A stretch of 64,000 nucleotides of DNA from Octopus vulgaris (GCA_951406725.2 OX597814.1:176700001-176764000); one strand, 5' to 3'. Shown: positions 12,651 through 25,955, counted from the first letter of the stretch. Notes: generated by a model from the letters alone, not told the origin. A program made the numbers and translations.

Positions 12651-12887
12651 TATTCAATGATGTACACTAGTTTTTCTTTTCGAGTTTATGTTGTCCATAT
12701 TCAGAGAGTGGGATTGGATTTGTGCAAATCCTTTCCTCACTACAAAAAATCATTATGCACAGGCATCACTTGAAAAAAAACAAAACAGTAAGACCTATCA
12801 CAAAAATGGCTGGTCATAGTCTTCATATGTGTGGAACTTTCAATCAGGCGATAGTAATACCTGGACACAAGTTTGAAGCCATCATAT

Positions 12888-13252
12888 CTTTTACTTGTTT
12901 CAGTCATTAGACTGCAGCCATGCTGGGCCATAACTCTATAAAATTTTAGTTAAATGATCTGAACATATATATTTTTTAAAGCCAGATATTAATTCCATTG
13001 CTCACTTTTGCCAAACTGCTAAGTTACGAGAATGTAAACACACCAATACTGGTTGTCAAGCAGTGATGAGGAACAAACAGTGACACACAAACACACACAC
13101 ACATATATATATATAACGGGCTTTTTTCAGCTTCCACCTACCGAATCCACTTACAAGGCTTTGGTTGGTTTGGGGGTATAGTAGAAGACACTTGCCCAAG
13201 GTGCCACGCTAAGGGACTGAACCGAGAACCATGTGGTTGGGAAGCTAACTTC
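12888..13252 (-). mobile_element. Family B SINE (CORE-like, OR-type), diverged
   Basis: Tail ttttacttgtttcagtcatt, internal (CA)n/(TA)n, gacacttgcccaaggtgcc. Confidence 0.8.
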
Positions 13253-13969
13253 AGTCATAAATGGGTGTTTGTGTGTTGTCCTCCAATAATACTTGGCAAC
13301 CTGTGTTTGTTTATGTCCCCATAACTTTGCAGTTCAGCAAAAAAGACCAATAACATAACAGACTTAAAAATAAATCCTGGGGATGATTTCTTTGACTAAA
13401 CCCTTCAAAGTGGTGTCCCAACATGGCTGAAATCCAATGACAGAAGCAAATCAAAGACAAAGATTACACACATACATAGATAGCTAGTTTGTTTGTAATC
13501 ACGTGGATTCAGGTTCTATCTGACAGTATGGCACCTTGCACAAGTGTCCCCTACTGTAGCTTTTGTGCTGACCAATAGCTTAGGAAAGGAATTGGTAGAA
13601 GGAAGTAATACAGATACCCCTGTGAGTCTTCTGTAACAGAACAAGACTCTTGAAGTGGATTGGTCCGCAAGAATCATGTGCTGGTGCCACATAAAAAGCA
13701 CTCGTGCTAGCATCACATTAAAAGCATCCAGCACATAATGTGAAGTGGTTGGCATTAGGAAGGGCATCCAGCCATAGAAGCCAAGCCAAATCAGACTGGA
13801 ACCTAGTGCAGCTCTCCTTAAACAGTCCAACCTGTGTCAGCATGGGGAATGGATGTTAAAGGATGATGACGATGATGGGTATATGAGCAAATATGCATGT
13901 GTAAATGTTCCACATCTTCACATGCAAGAGCTTGATCAAACAAAAATTAAAGATAACAGGACTGTAGTT

Positions 13970-14640
13970 TTTATCTTTTATTTGTTTCGGTTATTAGACT
14001 GCTGCCATGCTGGGGTACAACCTTGAAGAATTTATAGCAGAATCAATTGAACCCAATACTTATTTTCTTTTTAAAACCTAGTATTTATTCTATTGGTTGC
14101 TTTTGCAGACCTGCTAAATTACAGGGATGCAAACACATCAGCACTGGTTGTCAAGCAGTGGGGGAGGGGAGAACCAGCACAGACACACACTGGCTCCTGT
14201 GCAGGTGGCACGTAAAAGACACCATTTGAGTGTGGCCGTTGCCAGTACTGCCTGATTAGCCCTCATGCTGGTGGCACGTAAAAGCACCCACTACACTCTC
14301 GGAGTGGTTGGCATTAGGAAGGGCATCCAGCTGTAGAAACTCTGCCAGATCAAGATTGGAGCCTGGTGCAGCCATCTGGTTCGCCAGTCCTCAGTCAAAT
14401 CATCCAACCCATGCTAGCATGGAAAGTGGACGTTAAACGATGATGATGATATACATACATACATACATAGATATGTATATGATGGGCTTCTTTCAGTTTC
14501 TATCCCCCCAATTTACTCACAAGGCTTTGGTTAGCCCAAAGCTATAGTAGAAGACACTTGCCCAAAGTGCCACACAGTGAGACTGAACCGAGGACCAAGT
14601 GGTTGGGAAGCAAACTTCTTAACAACACACAGCTGCATCT
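13970..14640 (-). mobile_element. Family B SINE with a plus-strand family E tail nested at ~14190-14450
   Basis: B tail and B head flank a family E segment ending in gatgatgat. Confidence 0.75.
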
Positions 14641-16199
14641 GTACCTGTTGGCATTTTCTGTCAACTAATCATCCTCTAGCTCTCTACTCTCAAAGACAAG
14701 TGGAATAAAAACATCTCTTACTTGAGGAGAAAAAGACAAAAGCACATGTAGGGCATCTGACTATACAAATAACGACCCAATAATAATTATTCATCCAACC
14801 TATGCTATTAATATGTCCCTGTCAATTCTACATCTGCTGCACCCCACTCCATCAGTATATTCTTTCACCTGTTCTTCCATCACTCATTCTTCTAACCATC
14901 ATACATCCCAACTACAGTCCCACTGTGTGGAACCTTGGGCAAGTGTCTTTTCCTAATCTGTGGATTTGGTAAAGAGAAACTGAAAGAAGCCCATCATGTG
15001 TGTATGTGTATACACACACATATATATATATATGTGAAAGCAAGTGGCCAAGTAGTTAGGCTGTTGCACTCACAATCACTAGATCGTGGGTTCACTTCTC
15101 AGACCAGGCAGTGGGTTGTATTCCTGAGCAAAACACTTCATTTCGCATTGCTCCAGTTCCCCTTTTGATCAGGAATGTCAGCTAAAATGATGCAAAGCAC
15201 ATTGTGTTCAGTGATATACAATATCTGGTAGTCTGGTCAGTCATGTGACACACATCTACATGTTTATTTATGTATGGGTTTGTGTTTGTTTCCTTGGCTC
15301 AACATCATGTGATAGTTGTAAATGATTGTCACTATCATACAGGTAGTATCGTTCATTTTCAATATTCTGTGAGAACATGTCTGGCCATACTTGGAAAGAG
15401 GTAAGGGTTGGTGACAGTAAGGTCACCCATCAATAGAAAATTTGCCTCAGGAAAGGCATCTGGCCGAGGAAAATCTGCATCATAATAAATTCTGTCCAAC
15501 TCATGCAAATAAGGAAAAGTGGATTTAAATGATGATCATGATATCCTCATTTCTCTTTTGTGCTGGTGCTGTAATGAAAGTAGAACCCATCACAACATAC
15601 CATTACACCTGTGCTGCGAGTAGTCATTCCCTCTCCCAATAAACCCCTTCCTATTGACATCCACCGCTCATTCCTACCACTGACCACCTCCAATACTATC
15701 TATCACTCCCTCCCACCTTCACATTTTCGTAACATTCATCCACTCTCCCTGGTTCTCCTGTCACCACTCTCTTGTCTATTCACCTTCTTGGACACCTTAC
15801 CTTCAAGGGAACAAATAAATACAAGAGTAGTGAGGACTATCTAACCGTACACAATACAAAGCAACCTCACTCGCGATGGTGTTACAATAAAATGTATCCA
15901 GTACACCCAACAAAATGGGCAGTGATGAAATGACTCTTTAGTCTTGTCAAAGACATGACAACCTCTTTAGCAATGGTGCTATGATGAAATACACCAAGTA
16001 TGCTGAAGTGGCACTCATCAGAAGGTATATCAATGAAGAAATATCTCCTGTATCATCATCATTGCCTTTATTTTATGTCCACTTTCCATGCTAGCATTGG
16101 TTAGGTGACTGCTACTATTCAAATCAGTTATTAACTCCAAATATAATGAGTAGTTGTAGGATCACATTATAAGTGATAAGAAGAGTATACTTCCATCTG

Positions 16200-16429
16200 T
16201 TTCTTTATTACCCACAAGGGGCTAAACATAGAGGGGACAAACAAGGACAGACAGACGGATTAAGTCGATTACATTGGCCCCAGTGCGTAACTGGTACTTA
16301 ATTTATCGACCCCGAAAGGATGAAAGGCAAAGTTGACCGCTGCGGAATTTGAACTCAGAACGTAGCGACAGGCGAAATACAGCGAAGCACTTCGCCCGGC
16401 GTGCTAACGTTTCTGCCAGCTTGCCGCCT
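16200..16429 (-). mobile_element. Family A SINE (A1 tail), young
   Basis: Full head-core-tail with CpGs retained; minus-strand tail tagccccttgtgggtaataaagaaa. Confidence 0.85.
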
Positions 16430-17201
16430 TTGGAAGAGTATCTTTCTATCAATAACCAAAATATGAAATGGAGCCAAACCAAAAAGTATGGGCAAACATA
16501 GTTCTTCAATTCATTTTATTTTGAGTTGATAAGAACTGGAATAAAAACTGACTTGAATAGTAGTTCAATGCTAGCATGGAAAGTGGACATTGGTGATGAT
16601 GATGATGATACTGGAGATATTTCTTCATTGCTATTCCTTAGGATGAGTGCCACTCCAGCAAGAAACTAGAAGTTAATTTCATTCACAAAGCTTCAATTAG
16701 TTTAAGGCTTATACCAGAATCAAGAAATTGTGAAATCATCTTTCTTAACCATATGACCATACGTATCACCATCATCATTGTTTCTGATGTCTACTTTTCT
16801 ATGGTTACATGGTTCAGATGGAGTTTACTGAAGCAGATTTCTATGGCTGGATGCTCTTCCTGTGGACAACTCTTACCTGATTCCAGCAAGGTAATATTTC
16901 CCCATGACAGACATATTTTGACAGAATATTACAAATGAAAGCCATTCATTTACAACAATCATGTTATGTCATGACAAGGAGACACAAACATACATACCTA
17001 CCTATATGAGAGTTTTCTGTAAGTCTCTGTCCATCAAACTCACAGGGTTTTCATCAGTCTGGGGTCACAACAGAAAACACCTGCCTATGGTGCCAAGCAG
17101 TAGGACGGAACTCAGCACCATATTGTTGTCAAACAAACTTCTTAACCACACAGCCATGTCTGTGTCTACAAGGTGCAGGTGTGGCTGTATGGCCAAGAAG
17201 T

Positions 17202-17510
17202 GTGGAGGCACATGGCCTAGTGGTTAGAGCAGTGGACTCGCAGTCGAGGGATCGCGGGTTCGAATCTCAGACCGGGCAATGCAGGTGTTTATGAGCGAAA
17301 ACACCTAAGCTCCATGCGGCTCCAGCAGAAGGTAATGGCAAACTTCTGCTGACTCTTTCGCCACAACATTCTCTCACTCTATCCTCCTGCATCTTGCAGC
17401 TCACCTGCGACGGACCGGCGTCCCATCCAGGTGGGGAACCTATACACCAAGAAACAGGGAAACCGGCCATTATGAGCCAGGCATGGCTCGAGAAGGAACA
17501 AACAACAACA
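17202..17510 (+). mobile_element. Full-length tRNA-derived SINE (family C) with 13-bp TSD
   Basis: A-box tggcctagtgg, B-box ggttcgaatc, (AAC)n tail; TSD atggccaagaagt at 17189-17201 and 17511-17523. Confidence 0.9.
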
Positions 17511-18647
17511 ATGGCCAAGAAGTCTACTTCCCCATCACATTTCAGCGATATGTACTTGTGTATTAAGTGCAGGCATGGATATGCAGTTAAGAAGTTAGCT
17601 CCCCAACTACATGGCACCTTGGGCAGGTATCTTCTACTATAGCCATAGGCCAGCCAAAGCTTTAAGTGTGAATTTGACAGACAGAAAGTCTGTGTGTGTG
17701 TGTGTGTGTGTGATGTGCATGTTTATGTGTCTCCTTGTCTTGACACTGCAATATTTGTAAATGAACGTCAGAGTCAAATAAACGGTCATTCATTTCCAAC
17801 CTCCCACAGAAGCAAATTCAACCATAGGGAAAATGTTATCTTGCTTGGAAATGGGTGAGGGTTGGCAACAGGTAGGGCATCCTGACATAGGAAATCTACC
17901 TCAATGAATGCCATCTGACCATGCAAGTATGGAAAACAGGACATTACACAGATGATGATAAAAGGTATGTGAAAGACACAAGAGTAAGACGTGGTCATTT
18001 GATATCAAAATAATGATGATGATGATAACATGTGTATGAACCGAGTGTTGTACAGTGAAGTCAAAATTGTTGCAAAACCCCAGAAGAATGTGATAGATGT
18101 GATTCACTCTATGTATATTTTATATCTGAGCAATATAGATTAACAAAGTGAAAGTTTTGAAAATAGGATATTAAAAGTGAAAACGTTTAAAAAATATCAA
18201 TGTTGTTGTTTAGCGCCAGATTAGTCTTCACTGAGCACACACATGATCAAACTCATTCCAATCAAAACCAACCGGCCCGTTTTTTGTCTTTTTTTTCTCT
18301 CTTTTTAAGACATGTGACCATACTCTCTCAGGGATGTGCAACGGTGACTAACAGACTGAATGAGAATTAAGGATTAACAGGCATCAATCGAAAATTGGAT
18401 AAGCTAGAGGGTGGCCATTTTGAAACTTGTCCATTTAATGGACATGAAAATAATTTTTTTGTCGATGTATGTAAATCAGAATGAGCAACAGGTGAATGTC
18501 AACTAAAAGACAAAAACGGATTTTGTCAGATTAAACCATTATATATATATATATAACGTTAAAAATAAAAAAAGAACACTGATCTTTGAAATTGGACGTT
18601 TGCTATTAGCAGATTCCAGCTGATAATTGAGCCTTCATCCAACTTAC

Positions 18648-18680
18648 CCTGCGATATGATAATTTCTAGCTGAAACCTCA
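18648..18680 (-). CDS. Candidate 33-nt symmetric (phase 2-2) microexon of the MCRIP-like gene, (S)EVSARNYHIA(G)
   Basis: cattcgtttttag| acceptor and |gtaagt donor; open in the frame set by exon 2. Confidence 0.4.
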
Positions 18681-20014
18681 CTAAAAACGAATGTTTAAAA
18701 AAATATTTTTTTTTTTACGTAACGTTAGATTTTAATATAGAATCTCCGGATTATGAGTTTGGCATGTCACATGCAGTATATTCAGTAATTAATTAACTAG
18801 GACGAAAAGAAAGACAAAATTGGACGTAATATTCAAACAAGTCACGATGTGCTAAAATCGAACACGTCTGTCTCGCTTCCAACGGAATTGACAATTAATC
18901 TACAGTGGCCAAGATTTACTACGGCATGCAAACACATTAAATAAAAAGCCATTGCTACTAATTTCGTTAAGTGTCAACATTAGGTACTCTGATAATTTTA
19001 TATAATCTGAGAATAAAATATGTATGGGAATATAATATTCGATTCTCAATCAAGAATCACTTTCCTTAACTGTAGGCTTTATACAATAAGAAATTTTAAA
19101 AATATACGGAACCATTAAGTAAATAAGGAAATACATAATGAAAAGAACGTCTATAGCCAGTGACTGTAAATTTAAATTAGATGGAAACCCAACAGGAAAA
19201 GTTGAAAGAGGCACATCCGATATATCTCGAGGCAATTTTTCATCACACTACTGTATTTATTCTATGGCACCTCCAACTATTTAAAGTGGAGCATCGGAAA
19301 TTTAATTATTTAACTTAGCCTATATTAGAATATTCGGTGGACACAGATCAATAAGCGGTTGACTGCTGTCGAAGAATTGCTTTCCTCTGACCATCGCATT
19401 GGACATGGGAGCAAGAAACCTGACAAGATTAAGACACTTCCTTCTCCACCACCTTGTTTCGTTCCTCAGATTTAACTTTTGCAGCACATAATCCCAGCAC
19501 TTAGCTTTTTAGTATTTCAAGTGCACGGGTAAAAATATTCCAACTGACGACAGCAAACAGTTCTCACTAAATCTACTTTTCTTGACCTTTTTTTTAAATT
19601 AAAATTATTTTTTTCTGCTATAATTATACGAATATAATATCTAAGATGCTAATAATTAGATAAATATTGCCCCGACTATCCAAAAGATCATGGGTAAAGA
19701 AATTTCGTTTAAAATCGCAACCTAATTTTATTATTACCATCATTATTATTATTATTATTATAGAGTATTGGAAAATAATTTTATTACGAAATCCAGTTTT
19801 TAATTATTCAACCGACAAAGTAACCAATATTTATAATGAATGTGATGATAAAATTAAAAAGAAAAAAAATACAGGAATTTTATTACAAATAAAACAGACA
19901 CAGGGAAATGAATACACTCACGCATAAATCTATGTATATTTATGGTTTATAATTTTCCAAATGAATACATATTTTACCATAAATATTTCTATCTTTGAAC
20001 TAATATATACATAC

Positions 20015-20115
<101 letters not shown>

Positions 20116-20409
20116 CGGTTTTAGAAAGAAGCACAGATATCAAGTATCTGTAGACATAGCGTAATCACTGCAACTGGGGAAAAACTAAAAGAATTTCCAC
20201 AGCTATCACGTAATTAAACTCATAATAACTACCTAACTAGCTTTACCAACTCATTACCCCATCACATACAACATTCTTAAAAATCTAAAATGAAGATCAG
20301 TAAATTTGAAGACTAAACAGTTAAAGCTGCCAAAAAAAAAAGATCAAAGAATAAGCTGAGAGAAAGAACCGATCCTAAACAGAAACGTTGGTTGGTTTCT
20401 GTCACTTAC

Positions 20410-20503
20410 CTCATTGCCGCGGTATGGTGCCCGACGGTGGGCCTTTTACTGGTAGAATTGCCGTCTCCACGTCCTTCAATGGGATCTAAGGAATTAGGAG
20501 GAC
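20410..20503 (-). CDS. Coding exon 2 of MCRIP/FAM195-like gene: (G)PPNSLDPIEGRGDGNSTSKRPTVGHHTAAM(S/R)
   Basis: ttattctttattaatag| acceptor, gag|gtaagt donor, 94 nt, GC/CpG-rich against AT background, phase 1 in matches exon 1. Confidence 0.75.
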
Positions 20504-21380
20504 CTATTAATAAAGAATAAAAGATAACAGGGAATCTTAAATGAGAAGACTAACTTTCACGTTGGTGGCGAACTAACGTGAAGATCTGGAACAAAAATAG
20601 GGGCAGCAGTAATATTTATCTGAACAATGGTTGATTCACATCTCGATATGTGAACGTGTTACAATACATACGCTGCGAAATGGAAACTAACAGCTATATA
20701 ACACGAGAGACCTATCTTGTAATATTTAAAAAAACTGTTCGTTGTACACAGATCTCAGGATTTTTATTTATATATTTTTCTGATAAGATAGGTGAATCAT
20801 AAAGTTAGATTAGAAATAGCAACAATTTTTTCATTAAATAAAAGGCCGGTTGAAAACTAATCTCCATTTAATAGACACCTGGAACGTGAATTTAAAATAT
20901 TACATCACAATAAAACTCTCCATTTAGATTAAAGATAGCTCTAATTCATAAATTGATATCGATCTCTAATGAAGTTAAGTCGATCACTTGATGTGATAAG
21001 TTTAATTTGCAAAAAGAAAATAATAAAGGGTTATTATAAAGAGATGAAGACAACTACCATGTGTGAGAGAAAGAGATGAGGAGAGACTGAAACGATAGAG
21101 AGAGAGAGAGAAATAGATAGAATATGAGGCGAAAAATTAAAAGACAGCTAGATAGAGATTGGAATGGAGGGGACAGAAAGAGAGAGAAATAAGAGTGGAA
21201 GAGATGCAACAGAAAGGGGAGCAAAAGAGAGGAGAATGAAACTAAAAACGGAAGAGACAGTTGGAGGTAAATGCAAATCATGATACGATTGCGATATCTT
21301 AGAACGGAAAACACGAAATGTATTTCTGCAGACATGTTTCTATGTTATTTTTCTGATAGGTAAGGAATAAAAAGTATTAC

Positions 21381-21435
21381 CTCTACGAAGACCTAGGATT
21401 TTCCGATTTCTTGATGCATTCGCAGGTGTATACAT
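21381..21435 (-). CDS. Coding exon 1 of MCRIP/FAM195-like gene: MYTPANASRNRKILGLRR(G)
   Basis: gtggcgATG start, gag|gtaata donor in phase 1; spliced N-terminus MYT...RRGP resembles human MCRIP2 MYTITKGPSKLVAQRRTGP (from memory). Family call is less certain than the exon call. Confidence 0.7.
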
Positions 21436-21450
21436 CGCCACAACACCTAA

Positions 21451-21470
21451 GACTGAGTGGCGCCTGCGCA
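21451..21470 (-). promoter_or_regulatory. Core promoter: NRF1-like site plus TCAGT initiator
   Basis: Minus strand TGCGCAGGCGCC (21470-21459) then TCAGTC (21456-21451); putative +1 at 21454, 19 nt upstream of the ATG. Confidence 0.55.
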
Positions 21471-21778
21471 CTAGTGACTGAATAACTGCTACTAGTCAAC
21501 GGGATAGAAGGGTTTGCTTAAAGAAAAGGAACAGGCTACTGAAGCGAAACGAAGCGGTTTAAATCATGCTTTGATGACAACAGCTATTTAAAGGAAGCAA
21601 TAAAATAATAAAAAACGATATTATAAATTCCTAACAGACGCAAAATATAAAATAATGAGAAAACAAAACAAAATCAAATAAGTTTTCATTTAAATTTTCG
21701 TAGTAATTCACTGATCTCGTTTAAATGATTTGCCTCTCTTTCCATATCTCTGTATCACTATCTACCTATCATTCTCGT

Positions 21779-21818
<40 letters not shown>

Positions 21819-21837
21819 TCTTTTATTTCTTTATATT

Positions 21838-22331
21838 CTTTTATTTGTTTCAGTCATTTGACTGCGGCCATGCTGGAGCACCGCTTTTAGTCGAAAAAAT
21901 CCACCCCAGGACTTATTCTTTGTAAGCCCAGTACGTATTCTGTCGGTGTATTTTGGCGAACCGCTAAGTTACGGGGACGTAAACACACCAGCATCGGTTG
22001 TCAAACGATAGTCAGGGGGAAAGGAACAAACACAGACAGACAGATAGACAGACTGACTGACAAACAGACAGACACACACACACACACAAGGCTATTACTT
22101 CCTGAGTACTTATGTGTGTGTGTGTATATATATATATGTGTGTGTGTGTGTATGTGTGTATACACAACAGGTTTCTGTTCAGTTTCTGTCTATCAAATTC
22201 ACTCACAAGGCTTTGGTCGGACCGAGGCTATAGTAGAAGACACTTGCCCGAGGTGTCACACAGTGGTACTGACCCTGGAACCATGTGTGCTTGGTGAGCA
22301 AACCACTTAGCACACAACCACTCCTGAGCCT
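21838..22331 (-). mobile_element. Family B SINE, full length
   Basis: Head aggctcaggagtggttgtgtg through tail tgactgaaacaaataaaa on minus. Confidence 0.9.
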
Positions 22332-22719
22332 ATATATATATATATATATATATATGGAGAAAGAGAGAGAGAGACAAATTGATACATACATACATACACA
22401 CATTTTTATATAAGTATGCATGCGCGTGCACACACACACACACACACAGAAACATGCTCATATCATCATCATCGTCGTTTAGCGTCCGTTTTCCATGCTA
22501 GGATGGGTTGGACGGTTCTACTGGGGTCTGTGAAGCCAGAAGGCTTCATCAGGCCCAGTCAAATCTGGCAGTGTTTCTACGGCTGGATGCCCTTCCTAAC
22601 GTCAGTACATATACACATATATAAACGGGAACTCTTTTACACACATTCACATCCACATATGTTTATACACACATGCATATATATCCACAAGCTAAATCCA
22701 CAAATTTTTTTTTTTCATT

Positions 22720-22870
22720 CTCTGTTTATTTCCTTGTGTTCCTCCTTTCTGTTGAAGAGCATAGCCTCGAAATGTAAAAGACTTTCTCACCTTTCCAAGC
22801 GCCAAACTAATACACCTGCTTGTTGTTTATGCACCTGTCTTTGTCTTTTGATTTTCCATAAATTTCAGCT
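22720..22870 (+). mobile_element. Penelope-type terminal repeat fragment with decayed hammerhead-like motif
   Basis: ttgaaga-gcatagcctc-gaaatgta at 22752-22776, between microsatellites. Confidence 0.4.
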
Positions 22871-22894
22871 ATGTATGTATGTATGTATGTATGA

Positions 22895-22969
<75 letters not shown>

Positions 22970-23037
22970 TACATACATATATTCACACATACAAACATAC
23001 ATGCATGCATACATACATGCATACATACATACATACA

Positions 23038-23071
<34 letters not shown>

Positions 23072-23100
23072 CATACATATATGCATGTGCACACACACAC
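22870..23100. repeat. (TATG)n/(TA)n/(TACA)n microsatellite block
   Basis: Directly visible; source of several spurious ORFs. Confidence 0.95.
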
Positions 23101-23365
23101 TTCATTTCTTCTATATCACTACTCAAATGACAACAATTTTTATTTAGACTTTAAATGCTCAATACTACCCCATGCAATTTTTTGCTTTCTCTATAAACTC
23201 AAAAACAAACCATTTGGTTATTCCAATCATCATTCCACCCTGTCACTCTTACTAACAATCTGCTTAGCTTCTTTTGACTTTATTTTGTTCCATTTACCAT
23301 TTCTTGTTACACTTCTACAAAGTGGCAGCTTAACTCTTTAGTATTTTAAACCAGTTGCATCCAAC

Positions 23366-23634
23366 CACAGGCTCGGGAACAAAATTTGCTTAGGGGGTGC
23401 AAACCCAGGTCCAAAAATTTTTACAAACAAGGTCTTATTGCTTTTATTTATTTATTTTTCCTTTTTTTTTTTTAGAAGAAATCTAACTTCAAGCTACTTT
23501 TTACAGATCACTATCTATTCACTGTTTTCTAAATCCGAGAAAAGTATGTAGGGGTGCAAATTTTGATTTTGCACGCCACAAAAATTTTATAGGGTGCACT
23601 TGCACCCTCTTCACCTCCTGTTCCCGGGCCCGTG
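23366..23634. mobile_element. hAT-type MITE
   Basis: TIRs cacaggctcgggaac / gttcccgggcccgtg; 8-bp TSD catccaac / tatccaac. Confidence 0.8.
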
Positions 23635-25518
23635 TATCCAACACAAACAATCCACCCGCTTTATATTCAAACTGGGCTGGTCTGACCTTTTACACCTCCC
23701 TTACAACGTCATTCAAAAAATATACAATCGCATCATTTAAATCTTGAAATTACAAAATAAAGCATGAATAATTCAAAACACTGTGAATTAAATAAATATT
23801 ACATTTGACAGACTAAGTTTCCCAAGAAGCCTTGTGGGTCTAGGGCCCCAATTATAATCTAAGTATGTTATGACTACTGCCAATAAGTAGGTAATATTGG
23901 TCCCAGTATAAGGCAGTGAAATGGCAGAATTGTTAGCATGCCGAGCAAAATGCTTAGTGGTGTTTCATGTCTTTACTTTCTGAGTTCAAATTCCACTGAT
24001 GTCGACTTTGTCTTTCATCCTTTTGAGGTTGATAAAATAAGCATCAGTTGAGCAATGGGGATGATGTAATTGACTTTACCCCCTCCTCTGAAATTGCTAG
24101 CCTTTTGCCAAAACTTGAAACCAGTATTGGACCCAGTGCATTGATTTGCCTGGAGGTCTATGATGATGCAAAAACAGTCCTTCTACAACCCAACTCCCCA
24201 GCTGACCCCCTAATGTCAACATACTAACTTATACCAATAATCTATACTCACTCCTACTCCTTCCCCCTAAAGTTACCTGCAAAATTTTACTTTTTCATTT
24301 TACTCTACAGCAGAAGTGTTAAGGCTGCTCCTCCTGGTTAAGAGGATTGACCTGCAAGAGTCATGTGCTGGTGCCATGTAAAAAGCACTCATGCCAGTGC
24401 AACATAAGTACACTTGTGCAGTTCCACATAACTCTGGCATGCTAGCTCTGGTCAAACTGTCAAACCCATGCCAATGTGGAAAATGGATGTTAAATGATGA
24501 TGATGATGATGATGATGTTACCTTACCTGAGGTCAACTTTGCCTTTCATCCTTCCAGGGGTCAATAAAAAAGTTTCAATCCAGGTTAATGGATTGGCAGA
24601 ACAGTAACATTGTCAGAGTGGATGGATACCTTGTGGTGTTTGTTCCCCCTCTTCATGTTCTGATTTCAGATTCTGCTGTAGATTAGATGTGTGGTAGACT
24701 TCTGAGAAGTGTGGAACCATTTCTTAACCACTATCGTTCCTAGGTCTACTTTGATCTGGAGTAGTAACCCATGTCAAGGTTCCAGCAATGGGTTAATTAA
24801 CATATAAGGGCTTTCTTAATCATGCATGTGAAGGCTCGATCTGGTGGACTCTGTGGAAGAAGGTTTCATGGTTCGAGGGAGGGGAAGGCAGTTGCAGTTA
24901 TGCATTGTGGGTAAGGTAAGTAAAAAAGTTGAATAGGGACTCATTTGTGTAATAGGTTTTTCGCCTATTAAATTGTTTATAATTGTCATGGATATTTTAG
25001 TCCATAAAGTGTAATAAAATTGTAAGAGGATTAATACCTCATTCAGTATTTTTAAAAAGAACAATGTTTTAGAGAAGCAAAAGTCATCGGGCACTTTTCG
25101 TCTTCTCACATCATTATCATCCTTGTATCATTATCATTCATTTCATTAATGTCTGTGTCCAGCCTGCAAGCTTCCTTACTCTATTTACTGCCTTTATGGC
25201 AAATTTAATAAAATAAAAGTAAGTCATCTTGGTCATCCATCTCCATCCATTTCCATCCCTTATCATCTTGACCTGGTCTTGCCACTGTATTGAAGATGGT
25301 CTTTGATGAGAGAGTGAGGATCACTGTGTGCAATTCTTCTTTAAACAAAGCCACTGCACAAGTCATTAGTCATCCTTAAAGATAACTAGATTGATTTCAT
25401 TGCTCCAGTGGAGGAACATGATACTGGTAGGTTTAGTCATTCACCTCATATAACACTATTACAATGGGTACCTCTTGCAGAATCTGCACTGTTGTAAGCA
25501 TTTAGGCTAGATCACTTA

Positions 25519-25955
25519 CTCTTTTACTCTTTTATTCTTTTATTTGTTTCAGTCATTTGACAGTGGCCATGCTGGAGCACCGCCTTTAGTCAAGCAGATC
25601 GACCCCAGGACTTATTCTTTGTAAGCCTAGTACTTATTCTATCGGTTTCTTTTTGCCAAACTGCTAAGTTACGGGGTATGTAAACACACCAGCATCGGTT
25701 GTCAAGCGATGTTGGGGGGTACAAACACAGACACACAAACATATACACACACACATACATACATATATATATATATATACACACACACATATATACGACG
25801 GGCTTCTTTCAGTTTCCATCTACCAAATCCACTCACAAGGCTTTGGTCGGCCCGAGGCTATAGTAGAAGACACTTGGTCAAGGTGCCACACAGTGGGACT
25901 GAACCCGGAGCCACGTAGTTCGTAAGCAGGCTACTTACCACACAGCCACTCCTAC
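25519..25955 (-). mobile_element. Family B SINE, full length
   Basis: Near-identical to 36051-36459 in the opposite orientation. Confidence 0.9.

Noticed and set aside
17202-17275. tRNA gene
   Set aside because: No closing acceptor stem; continues into a SINE body with tail and TSD. The same applies to the other SINE heads.
21054-21335. 93-aa hydrophobic ORF as signal/TM protein
   Set aside because: Translation of a CT-rich tract inside predicted intron 1.
22416-23147. 243-aa ORF, the longest in the track
   Set aside because: Read-through of an RTE tail and microsatellites (YI/HT repeats).
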